This document shows positions 55,994 through 64,000 of a stretch of DNA of 64,000 bases, in pieces. The notes below the pieces were generated by a model. That model was not told the origin of the DNA, did not search any database, and was given only the letters and a program-made list of their open reading frames with translations. Within the stretch, counting starts at the first letter, position 1. Every line of letters starts with the position of its first letter. The stretch spans positions 7,952-71,951 of the IMG/VR virus record IMGVR_UViG_3300025913_000001, one strand, 5' to 3'. The DNA is from a virus. Position numbers and translations under genes: made by a program.

Positions 55994-56527
55994 ATGGCAA
56001 CACAACAAGACGCACAAAACTTAATATTAGCGGCTCAGTTCCAAGCGGCAAACTTGATTAATTCAAATCGGGTGTTAATGACTATGGGTGGTCAACCTAT
56101 CAATAAAACTAAGATAAACCAATACCGTAGCCTAATCAATGATTTAAGTTATTTGACGTATACCTTAATGGATTTTACATCGGATACGTTTATCAGCATA
56201 TTTGATTGTTTAAGCAACGTTGTAGGACTATCTGGTAGCCCAGATATCAATCCGAACTACCAAGCACCTAACACGACTATCAACGTAATACGAACGGGCT
56301 CACAAGCGATAAATTACAACTATACACAGGCAGATTTGATAGACGCAGGGAGTGGTAACTGGTATTTACCTTTCAACCTTGATGCTAAGTTTATACCATT
56401 ATCTTTAGAGATTAACGGTGTGTCGACAGCATTTACTTTTGATACCACGTTTATTCCATCAAGGGTATACGGATTTGCAAGTAATTCAACTCAAACAATC
56501 GTTCTTACAGTAATCAGTACAACATGA
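55994..56527 (+). CDS. Virion structural protein candidate
   Basis: In operon with the fibre-like gene (ATGA overlap). Confidence 0.55.
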   Translation: MATQQDAQNLILAAQFQAANLINSNRVLMTMGGQPINKTKINQYRSLINDLSYLTYTLMDFTSDTFISIFDCLSNVVGLSGSPDINPNYQAPNTTINVIRTGSQAINYNYTQADLIDAGSGNWYLPFNLDAKFIPLSLEINGVSTAFTFDTTFIPSRVYGFASNSTQTIVLTVISTT

Positions 56528-59442
56528 AGAAATTAATTTATACCCTATTGCTTATTACAGCCTCTGTAAGCCCACTAAAAGCACAATGGTTACAAGTAGG
56601 CAATACCTTACAAAGAACGGCTGACGGTAAGTCATACCGCTTTAGTTTAGGCTCACCAGGATTTGCTTATTGGTATACAAAAGCTCAGATAGATAGTTTA
56701 TTGGGGGGATTAAATTATATTAAAAATCAAAACATCACTAAACAAAGCGGAGGCTTTTCAACAAGCTATGGTCAATTAGATAGTTTAAATATTCAAACTA
56801 ATGCAAGTCCATTAAGAGGTTTTGTTCTTAAACCATGGATTAGTTCTGGGCCAGGAAATAGACTAAGTTTTTATTCTTATGGTAATATTGCTAGTGTTCC
56901 TGTTTATACAGAAGTATTAAGACTAAAAAGCGGAGGAGGAGCTATTGCTATAGCCGGAGCTAATAATGATTCTCCCGGATGGATGACTTATGACTATGAT
57001 TATTCTCATCACCCTAATCTAACTTATTATTTTGGTGGTAAAAATGGAAATGGATATTTAGGTTCTCTTAATGCTGTTATTAATAATTGGGTTACAGGAG
57101 GTACACCTGCTATGCAATGGGATTCTGTAGGTAATGTAACAATATCTCAAGCAAGTAAAACATTTACTATTAATGGCTCGGCTCAGTACAACATAGCTAA
57201 AAATATAGGAGTTTTAGGTTTTTTATATAAGCAGAAGGCCGATAGTTTATATGCTCCAAAGGCATCCGGTTTAGGGTATGTACCATATTCAGGTTCTACA
57301 ACTGATGTAGATTTAGTTACAAATGGACATGGTTTATATGCAGAATTTGCAGAAGTTGGTCATAGTTCTAGTAGCGGCTCTGGAATTGATGCAGCATTAT
57401 TTTATAATAATGCCGCTACGGGTACTGGTATAGGAATACAAGCAGGTGATGCTACACATTATGCTCTATCAATAGAACCATATAATCTAGGAGGTGTTAA
57501 AGCTTCTATCTATGGTGATGGTCATGCTGTTTTTAATAGTTCTATTACAGCAGCATCATTTATAAAGGCAGGGGGTACTTCCTCTCAGTATTTAATGGCA
57601 GATGGGAGCGTATCCACTGGTGGCGGTACGGTTACTGGTGGGGTTATTAATTGGCCTGGTACTATATATTCAACACCAACAACAGCAACAGTAGTAAGCG
57701 GTAATTTAACTTTTGCACCAACATTAACAAGTCAAACTACAAATACTTTTTTAGCTGCACCAAATGGTAGTTCAGGTTATCCTTCTTTTAGGTCTATTGT
57801 TGGTGCTGATATACCTACTCTTAATCAAAACACGACAGGTAATGCAGCCACAGCTACGGCTTTACAAACTGGTAGAACTATTAACGGAATTACATTCGAT
57901 GGTACTTCAAATATTACTTTACCTACTATTACTAACACTTTAAGTCAGCAAACTTCTGCAAATTTCAATATTGATGGTAGTGGAACTGCCGCACAATTTA
58001 ATGTAATTAGTCCGGCGGGTACTCCCTCATCTGGTATAGCATTAGGTTCATCAGTAGCAAATAAATTATCAGTAAAAGGCATAAGTGGATTTGGTGTTAA
58101 TCTAGATATGACTGCTTTAACTGCCACAAGAAATGTAACTGTTCAGAATAAAGCATATACTATAGCAGGAACTACTGATAATATTAGTGAGTTTACTAAT
58201 GATGCTGGATATTTAACATCATCTACTGGAGTTTCATCATTTAATACACGTGTAGGTGCAGTAATTCCTGTTGCCGGAGATTACGCCTCTTTAACCGAAA
58301 CATTGACCAATAAAACTATTTCTGGTAGTTCAAATACATTATCAAATATAGCAAACGCAGCATTAACAAACAGCGCAATAACCATTAACGGAGTATCTAC
58401 GTCTTTAGGTGGCTCTTATACCGCTAATAATTTAACAGCTACAGATGCAACATTAACTTTTTCGGGTTCTTATAATGGAAGCACAGCAAGAACAGTAGGC
58501 GTTAATTTAGCTAATAATTTTTTATGGACAGGAACGCATACCATAGGTGGTATTACGCAAAGTGCAGGAACATGGTATACCAGTAATGCCGTATCAGGTG
58601 AAATGTTAAAGAGCAACACAACTAATAACAGAACATCATTAGCTTTGGTTCCGAATGGTACTTCAAATATAGCAGATACGTGGTGGTTTACTTCAAGTGA
58701 TGTGAATACCAACTATTCCGCTTTAGTAGTTGGATACGAAACAGGTTCTTCATCGTGGGGATGGAACTCCGCATCTGCCGGAACTGGTACACCAAAGGCA
58801 ATCTATTTCAATGCGACTAACGGTCAAAGCAAAGCCACAGCAAATGTGGTTATCAATACAGATGGTACGACATCTTTTGGCAATACACTCAAAACTGTAG
58901 CAGGAACATCGTCGTTAGCCCCTGTTAATTTCGCTACAGGAGCAGATAAAACTACGGGTTTAACAAGTGGTGATATGTGGTATACTGCACCAACATTTAA
59001 ATATTATAATGGTTCAGGAACAAGAATATTTGTGACTGCCAATAATGCAGCAGCAGGAAATGGTCAAATACCTATAGGCAATGGTACAGATTTCACGATT
59101 GCTAATCTTACAGCAGGATCAGGTATTAATATAACCAATGCATCTGGTAGCATTACCGTCGCAGCCAGTGTATCACATACTATTTTTACTCCGGCTACAG
59201 GAGGAACTGTAAATTTGGTTAATAATCAATATAATATCGTCAATCCAAGTGGTGCATTAGCTACATTAACCGTTAATTTTCCTTCAAGCCCCGCAAATAA
59301 CGATAGGGTAGAAATAAAATTTACGCAAGCAATTACAGCCATAACCTATAGTAACGGTACTGTTGTGGATGGAATAACAGCCCCAACAGCTGGCGGCTAT
59401 TATAAATATACCTATGATTCAGGAACAACCTCTTGGTATTAA
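56524..59442 (+). CDS. Tail-fibre-like protein with N-terminal Sec signal peptide
   Basis: MKKLIYTLLLITASVSPLKA|Q; fibre motifs GGTSSQYLMADGS, GNAATATALQTGRTINGITFDGTSNI, ISEFTNDAGYLT, VSSFNTRVGAV, ETLTNKTISG. Confidence 0.8.
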   Translation: MKKLIYTLLLITASVSPLKAQWLQVGNTLQRTADGKSYRFSLGSPGFAYWYTKAQIDSLLGGLNYIKNQNITKQSGGFSTSYGQLDSLNIQTNASPLRGFVLKPWISSGPGNRLSFYSYGNIASVPVYTEVLRLKSGGGAIAIAGANNDSPGWMTYDYDYSHHPNLTYYFGGKNGNGYLGSLNAVINNWVTGGTPAMQWDSVGNVTISQASKTFTINGSAQYNIAKNIGVLGFLYKQKADSLYAPKASGLGYVPYSGSTTDVDLVTNGHGLYAEFAEVGHSSSSGSGIDAALFYNNAATGTGIGIQAGDATHYALSIEPYNLGGVKASIYGDGHAVFNSSITAASFIKAGGTSSQYLMADGSVSTGGGTVTGGVINWPGTIYSTPTTATVVSGNLTFAPTLTSQTTNTFLAAPNGSSGYPSFRSIVGADIPTLNQNTTGNAATATALQTGRTINGITFDGTSNITLPTITNTLSQQTSANFNIDGSGTAAQFNVISPAGTPSSGIALGSSVANKLSVKGISGFGVNLDMTALTATRNVTVQNKAYTIAGTTDNISEFTNDAGYLTSSTGVSSFNTRVGAVIPVAGDYASLTETLTNKTISGSSNTLSNIANAALTNSAITINGVSTSLGGSYTANNLTATDATLTFSGSYNGSTARTVGVNLANNFLWTGTHTIGGITQSAGTWYTSNAVSGEMLKSNTTNNRTSLALVPNGTSNIADTWWFTSSDVNTNYSALVVGYETGSSSWGWNSASAGTGTPKAIYFNATNGQSKATANVVINTDGTTSFGNTLKTVAGTSSLAPVNFATGADKTTGLTSGDMWYTAPTFKYYNGSGTRIFVTANNAAAGNGQIPIGNGTDFTIANLTAGSGINITNASGSITVAASVSHTIFTPATGGTVNLVNNQYNIVNPSGALATLTVNFPSSPANNDRVEIKFTQAITAITYSNGTVVDGITAPTAGGYYKYTYDSGTTSWY

Positions 59443-59449
59443 AATCGCT

Positions 59450-59833
59450 ATGAAAAACATCATCATAACCGCCCTAATATTAGCAGCTTCTATTTCGGCA
59501 AAAGCACAAACACTCGATACGGCTTTCTTATCAGCGCATCAAATCAGGACAGCTAAAATAAAACCGTTAAAGATAGATATTTTTGATACAGACAGCATTA
59601 CGCATATTGGGTATGCAAATATCTGTTCGGATGGCGTTACTCATTTTGATATTAATATCATCTTTTGTAACGACAATGCATCCATCTTGAAAACCTATCC
59701 TTTAATTGTGAAAGGTGCTGATTTTGCAACATTACAATCCAGTATTCAGGCTACAGGAGGGTTTTTAGCGGTACTTACTTATTATTCAAATAACTATCTA
59801 ACTACACCAACCAAGCAAATCATCTTTAAATAA
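59450..59833 (+). CDS. Secreted protein, possible fibre chaperone/partner
   Basis: MKNIIITALILAASISAKA|Q; directly after the fibre-like gene. Confidence 0.7.
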   Translation: MKNIIITALILAASISAKAQTLDTAFLSAHQIRTAKIKPLKIDIFDTDSITHIGYANICSDGVTHFDINIIFCNDNASILKTYPLIVKGADFATLQSSIQATGGFLAVLTYYSNNYLTTPTKQIIFK

Positions 59834-59899
59834 GATTAATTTAAAATATTCCCCTACTTTAGATTAATCATTAACATATTATATTAAAAACTGAGCAAA

Positions 59900-60004
59900 A
59901 TGAAAAATTACAACAAATTACCAGACCCAATTGAACCAGACGACAACAACCCACCAGTTCAACCGCCTACAGGGCCACCACCTACACAAACACAACATGA
60001 ATAA
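59900..60004 (+). CDS. Proline-rich 34-aa peptide
   Basis: Manual translation MKNYNKLPDPIEPDDNNPPVQPPTGPPPTQTQHE; A-rich upstream; overlaps the next ATG. Confidence 0.5.
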   Translation: MKNYNKLPDPIEPDDNNPPVQPPTGPPPTQTQHE

Positions 60005-60374
60005 CAGATTGCTTATACCATTGGCTATTGAGTTGCATTGCATATCCCTATTGGTTTATTATGGGGATATGCAATTACATCCCAATGATTATTTAAAATT
60101 TGGATGGGCTACTTATTTCCACGCCTGCCAGGTTTTATTTCTTGCATTGTTTTGTATTTGTTTCGCTTTAATAAATAAAAAATCAATGTTTGATAATCAA
60201 TTCCTAATGGTAGAAGCATTTATGAGTATTTCTCTGGGCATTGTGTATTCATTACAAGGATTGGGTTTTAAGCTTCATTCATTTGGTTTGATTGTTGTAG
60301 TTATCGCTATAACAATCGCCACTGGAAGTATTATATTTAGCGAAATTAGACATGGACTTTTTAAAACAGAATAA
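59997..60374 (+). CDS. Four-TM membrane protein
   Basis: Four hydrophobic segments; likely start MNNRLL. Confidence 0.65.
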   Translation: MNNRLLIPLAIELHCISLLVYYGDMQLHPNDYLKFGWATYFHACQVLFLALFCICFALINKKSMFDNQFLMVEAFMSISLGIVYSLQGLGFKLHSFGLIVVVIAITIATGSIIFSEIRHGLFKTE

Positions 60375-60663
60375 CAACGTGGCTACACAACCAATCCCAC
60401 CTGAATTAGATATGACAAAAATTATTGAATGGTTTGTCGGATCAGTTACTTTCCTTATTGGTTTTTTTAAAATCGTAGATTCTTACTTTGCTCACAAGAA
60501 AAGGGACAAGCAAGAGTTTATTGAGCGCGTAGTACGAGCGACTATGGATAGTTGCTTGGCTGATATCAAATCTGAACTACATGAGTTTAAGAAAGAGACA
60601 GCCGCATCAATGGAAAAATTTAATGGGACTGTGTTGGATATCTATAGAGAGGTTAGGAAATGA
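60352..60663 (+). CDS. Single-TM coiled-coil protein (holin/antiholin-like)
   Basis: WFVGSVTFLIGFF segment then charged helix. Confidence 0.55.
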   Translation: MDFLKQNNNVATQPIPPELDMTKIIEWFVGSVTFLIGFFKIVDSYFAHKKRDKQEFIERVVRATMDSCLADIKSELHEFKKETAASMEKFNGTVLDIYREVRK

Positions 60664-60869
60664 CCGAGGTATTAAGCCAATACGGGCTTGCTGGCGCAGT
60701 TATTATTGCTTTGGCTGGTTATGTACTTATGATAGAGAAAAGACACCGTGAAGAGCGTGATGAGTGGCGTAAGAGTATCGATAGGCAGAATGATGAGAGT
60801 AATCGGATTACACGGGAAAACACCAATATATTGTCAGCTTTAAAATCAATGTTAGAAAATAGAAGATGA
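60660..60869 (+). CDS. BhlA-like holin candidate
   Basis: LSQYGLAGAVIIALAGYVL then coiled coil. Confidence 0.55.
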   Translation: MTEVLSQYGLAGAVIIALAGYVLMIEKRHREERDEWRKSIDRQNDESNRITRENTNILSALKSMLENRR

Positions 60870-61153
60870 TTACATCAGAAATTATATCGCAACTTTTATT
60901 TTGGAGTATTGTGATTTTTAGCGGCGTTATTGCATACGAATTCTATCGGAGTAAGGATGGCCGGTTGCGTATTTTAATAATTGAATTGTTCTTGGCTAAG
61001 ATGTGGTGTTATGGCGTTGCAGGAACTTATTACCTCTTGTGGGACTTACATCATGTGAGTAGCGATAATGCCTTGTGGCTACGCATAGTATGTAATTTAC
61101 CTATGTTTATAGTGATGCTTAGGTTGTATCAGTTTATTAGAGTTAAGAAATAG
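60866..61153 (+). CDS. Three-TM membrane protein
   Basis: Three hydrophobic segments directly upstream of the endolysin. Confidence 0.6.
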   Translation: MITSEIISQLLFWSIVIFSGVIAYEFYRSKDGRLRILIIELFLAKMWCYGVAGTYYLLWDLHHVSSDNALWLRIVCNLPMFIVMLRLYQFIRVKK

Positions 61154-61157
61154 AATT

Positions 61158-61700
61158 ATGGCGGACTTTCAGATAGCAAATAAAATTACTGGTGGTAATG
61201 AGGGTGGCTATAGTTTCGATAAAAACGATAGGGGTTTAGAAACGTTTGCTGGCGTATCACGTAGGTTTTGGCCTAATTGGCATGGGTGGTCTATGATAGA
61301 TGCTTACAAACGTGCGCATGGGCTGACCAATATTGATTCATTATTGAAAGATAATTTAATGCGCCAATATATAGACGACTTCTATAAACAAAACTTTTGG
61401 GACGTAAACAAGTTAGACCAAATTAACGATCAGCAATTGGCTAATTCGGTGTATGACTTTGGTGTGAATGCGGGAACTGGAACAGCGGCTAAAATGCTTC
61501 AATCTGCGGCAGGTGTAACAGTAGATGGCATCATTGGTTCAGGTACACTGGCTGCGGTCAACAGCGGTAATCCTAAGGCTATCTACGGCGGTATTAATGA
61601 GCAACGTATCGCTTACTATACCCACTTAGCTACTAAGCCGGGACAAGCACAGTTCTTAAAATCGTGGCTTTCACGAATTAAACCTTATAAACAATCATAA
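61158..61700 (+). CDS. Endolysin, glycoside hydrolase family 108 with peptidoglycan-binding C-terminus
   Basis: EGGYSFDKNDRGLETFAGV, YDFGVNAG, VDGIIGSGTL, FLKSWLSR. Confidence 0.92.
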   Translation: MADFQIANKITGGNEGGYSFDKNDRGLETFAGVSRRFWPNWHGWSMIDAYKRAHGLTNIDSLLKDNLMRQYIDDFYKQNFWDVNKLDQINDQQLANSVYDFGVNAGTGTAAKMLQSAAGVTVDGIIGSGTLAAVNSGNPKAIYGGINEQRIAYYTHLATKPGQAQFLKSWLSRIKPYKQS

Positions 61701-61702
61701 TC

Positions 61703-61996
61703 ATGGCAGACGAAACAGCAGATCAACCAGTAGTAGTACAACAGCCGGTAGTGGCTAAAGAAAGTGAAACTAAAACCGTTATAGGTATGGGTAGTTTAAC
61801 ACTCCCTACACCGGAAAACGTAAAAGCGGCCTTTAAAATGATTACGTTCTTTACAGTTGTGGCAGGCGTGGTACTTAATGGTATATCAGATATCCCACCA
61901 GATGTAAAGAAAACTTGTTCAGAGTATATTTTAGTGGTTATCCTAATACTTCAAAAAGCAGAGGATTTCTTTGGCATCAAAATAACTCAATCATAA
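61703..61996 (+). CDS. Holin-like two-TM protein
   Basis: PTP motif followed by two hydrophobic segments, after the endolysin. Confidence 0.55.
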   Translation: MADETADQPVVVQQPVVAKESETKTVIGMGSLTLPTPENVKAAFKMITFFTVVAGVVLNGISDIPPDVKKTCSEYILVVILILQKAEDFFGIKITQS

Positions 61997-62235
61997 AAAA
62001 TTAATAGAAATGAGTTTAGCATTTGGTGTATTAGCTTTTTTGGGATTCGTTATATTTTCTATAGCCGTTACAAAGTTTAAGGTATGAAATTACATATTGC
62101 CATGTGGATTATAGTTGGCATATTGTGTTGGATTATTTCCTTAGTAGGAAATGCTTAACTTATAAAACAAAGCAGCTAATATTAATCCAATAAATATTAT
62201 CAGAAGTGCTTTACTGATGATGTGATCTATTCTAA

Positions 62236-62763
62236 TCATTTGTTTTCTCCTTTCGCAGGGGTGGTAAGTAGTTTTGGGTGTTCGTAAATGTTGCCTATGA
62301 CTTCGATATTATTTGACTTACCGTTATCCCAATTATACCGTTGGTTTTGAGCGAATGAAATGAATTGTTTATATTTAGTATCGGTATCAAAATAACCGAA
62401 TGCGCCATTAATGTAAATTACAGGGCGTTTTACTATTAATTGAAACAGATTAACAATATCTCCTTCATAAATATCAATACCGTTACGGTCTTTTAAGCCA
62501 GTGAATTGCATGATAACCAAATCAGTTAATCGCAATAAACTTGGAGTATTATCATTGTGAAGTTTAGACTGTTCGCCAAGCATAATATCTACACCGCTAA
62601 ACAATGTTACTTCGCCAACAATATGAAAACCTGTACATAGCATAACTTTATATTTGTCATCCCATGCTCTAAACTTTATTTCTCTCATCTCAATTTTCGG
62701 TTGGCTTTTTCTGGCATATCTAACATTGTTAGGGTCGTCATTGTCGTGATTGTTTGCGCTCAT
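62236..62763 (-). CDS. YopX family protein
   Basis: REIKFRAWD...MQFTGLKDRNGIDIYEGDIV...EVIGNIYEHPKLL. Confidence 0.9.
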   Translation of the reverse strand: MSANNHDNDDPNNVRYARKSQPKIEMREIKFRAWDDKYKVMLCTGFHIVGEVTLFSGVDIMLGEQSKLHNDNTPSLLRLTDLVIMQFTGLKDRNGIDIYEGDIVNLFQLIVKRPVIYINGAFGYFDTDTKYKQFISFAQNQRYNWDNGKSNNIEVIGNIYEHPKLLTTPAKGENK

Positions 62764-62821
62764 TCTCTTTCCTTTTTTTAAAAGCAGGCTCACTTAGGAC
62801 GCCTGCTATTTTGTTACTCGG

Positions 62822-63271
62822 TTAGTTACTCTTAGTTGAGTCGTAATATACCTGACCAATTCTCTGTAGATCAGTAATACTAACGCCGTCTTGGGTCAAC
62901 TCGTTACTTAATCCCTGCCAAAGCCCCTGTAATTGTATTGCTTGCTCGGCAACAGGCAGAGTTTTTATATACGCTGCACCATCGGCAACAATCTGATCGG
63001 GAGTTTTTCCGGCCTCATTATCAGCCCAACGCCAACGGATGATAACAGCGGGTAAATATTGCCTGGCTTTCGCTACTATTAAATCATCAATATTGCCGGG
63101 TATGATCTTTGTAATAAAATCCGCCACCTCGGGATTTTTATCGTCATAGTTTTTAATCCCGTTAACTATTGCTAATGAAACATCTAAAAGGTGTTTGCTT
63201 GATGGCAACAACCATTTGATAAAACGTTTTGCGGCATCTAAGCCGTCCTCGATAATTGAAATTAAATTCAT
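62822..63271 (-). CDS. Hypothetical amphipathic protein
   Basis: 149-aa ORF; ITKIIPGNIDD. Confidence 0.65.
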   Translation of the reverse strand: MNLISIIEDGLDAAKRFIKWLLPSSKHLLDVSLAIVNGIKNYDDKNPEVADFITKIIPGNIDDLIVAKARQYLPAVIIRWRWADNEAGKTPDQIVADGAAYIKTLPVAEQAIQLQGLWQGLSNELTQDGVSITDLQRIGQVYYDSTKSN

Positions 63272-63483
63272 ATAGTTACCCTGTTTAGCCGACGGACAGG
63301 AAAGGTTTTGATGGATTATCGGACATTAACTTTTGATTTATTTGAAGTACGTTCTTCAAGTGCTTTTTCAAGTACTCTTTTTTGGTCTTGTAAAACCTCT
63401 AATTTAGCCCTTAACTGAGCTATTGTAAAATCGTTCGTTTCTGGTTCTTGTGTGTTTGTTATTGTTGACATATATTTAAACGG

Positions 63484-63789
63484 TTAACCTACGCTCCGTA
63501 AAGGTTTAAGGGCTTTATTAATCAATTCAATAGATTTTTCATGTTGATGAAAGGCTATTTTAGGCAAGATAGCCAAATTGGCATGTATTATAGCCGACAT
63601 TATTTTAAGTTGCTGCATTAGCAATGGTGCATGGGCTGCTAAGATACCATTTGCGAAAGCAATATCCATACCTATAGAATCTGCATCTAAGATGCATTTT
63701 TGACCTGGTAATACATTATCTAAAATATATATATTACCCGCATATATAATGCAATTCCACGGTCCCGGAGTATATTTCGTTTCTTTCAT
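63484..63789 (-). CDS. Conserved phage hypothetical protein
   Basis: KYTPGPW...ANGILAAHAPLL motif. Confidence 0.75.
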   Translation of the reverse strand: MKETKYTPGPWNCIIYAGNIYILDNVLPGQKCILDADSIGMDIAFANGILAAHAPLLMQQLKIMSAIIHANLAILPKIAFHQHEKSIELINKALKPLRSVG

Positions 63790-63793
63790 AATA

Positions 63794-64000
63794 TTACTGT
63801 TTTTTAACCCGTTTCTTAATCAATTGATATTCATAAACACCATTACGAACGGTATCGCATTTACCACCGTGGCATATTACGGTGAAGTCGCTTTTACGGT
63901 CATGTCCCATGCTGTATGATTCCATTTTGCAGGTATCGATGAAGCGGCCTTGTTTCTTCTGTCCAAACGCCAATACTGGAAATGATATCAGCATGAATAT
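63794..64000 (-). CDS. Small secreted protein (5' end probably outside the window)
   Basis: ...LISFPVLAFG|Q signal-peptide end. Confidence 0.5.
   Translation of the reverse strand: MFMLISFPVLAFGQKKQGRFIDTCKMESYSMGHDRKSDFTVICHGGKCDTVRNGVYEYQLIKKRVKKQ

Larger units (their letters stand above)
1..64000. mobile_element. Tailed phage genome segment (podovirus-like, crAss-related structural module, probable Bacteroidota host)
   Basis: Terminase-portal-scaffold-MCP-ring-tail-ejection gene order, endolysin and holins, phage replication and recombination genes, dense small ORFs; no host housekeeping genes. Confidence 0.95.

Noticed and set aside
62213-62220. CTGATGA hammerhead-like core
   Set aside because: No flanking stems or matching GAAA segment
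1-64000. Genome-wide stop-codon reassignment as in some crAss-like phages
   Set aside because: Large genes are intact in the standard code; TAG and TGA end genes normally; no suppressor tRNA identified
1-64000. Diversity-generating retroelement or retron
   Set aside because: No reverse transcriptase motif and no template/variable repeat pair noticed near the fibre gene
1-64000. Integrated prophage boundaries
   Set aside because: No integrase, att-like repeat or host genes; both window ends lie in phage early genes

Overview
This window is most of the genome of a tailed dsDNA phage with a podovirus-type virion, very probably infecting Bacteroidota. The host call rests on TAnnTTTG promoters and signal peptides cleaved before Gln. 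Layout: (1) a leftward early/accessory arm at 1-9426, which resumes at 62236-64000 and suggests a circularly permuted genome somewhat larger than the window. It carries a PD-(D/E)XK nuclease with an AAA_24/Sak4-like ATPase, a nucleotidyltransferase, a viperin-family radical SAM enzyme, a tRNA-like RNA, several structured intergenic RNAs and a 27-bp-repeat protein. (2) A ~950-bp non-coding strand-switch region. (3) A rightward replication module with a RepL-like protein, NinB-like protein, initiator with internal iterons, Prim-Pol/DnaB-like fusion and a DNA methylase. (4) A four-gene glycosylation cassette. (5) A crAss-like head/tail module: GroES-like protein, terminase, portal, scaffold, MCP, ring proteins, a split tail-stabilisation gene and ejection proteins. 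(6) An SF2 helicase with a dead methylase domain, two free-standing HNH genes, a signal-peptide-bearing fibre-like protein and a membrane-protein-rich lysis cassette with a GH108 endolysin. No integrase, RNA polymerase, replicative DNA polymerase, reverse transcriptase or CRISPR array was seen. The top leads are the phage-borne viperin, the exported fibre-like protein with host O-glycosylation sequons, the tRNA-like RNA with a remodelled anticodon domain, and a recurrent kissing-loop leader architecture. All family assignments come from reading motifs by eye, not from database searches.
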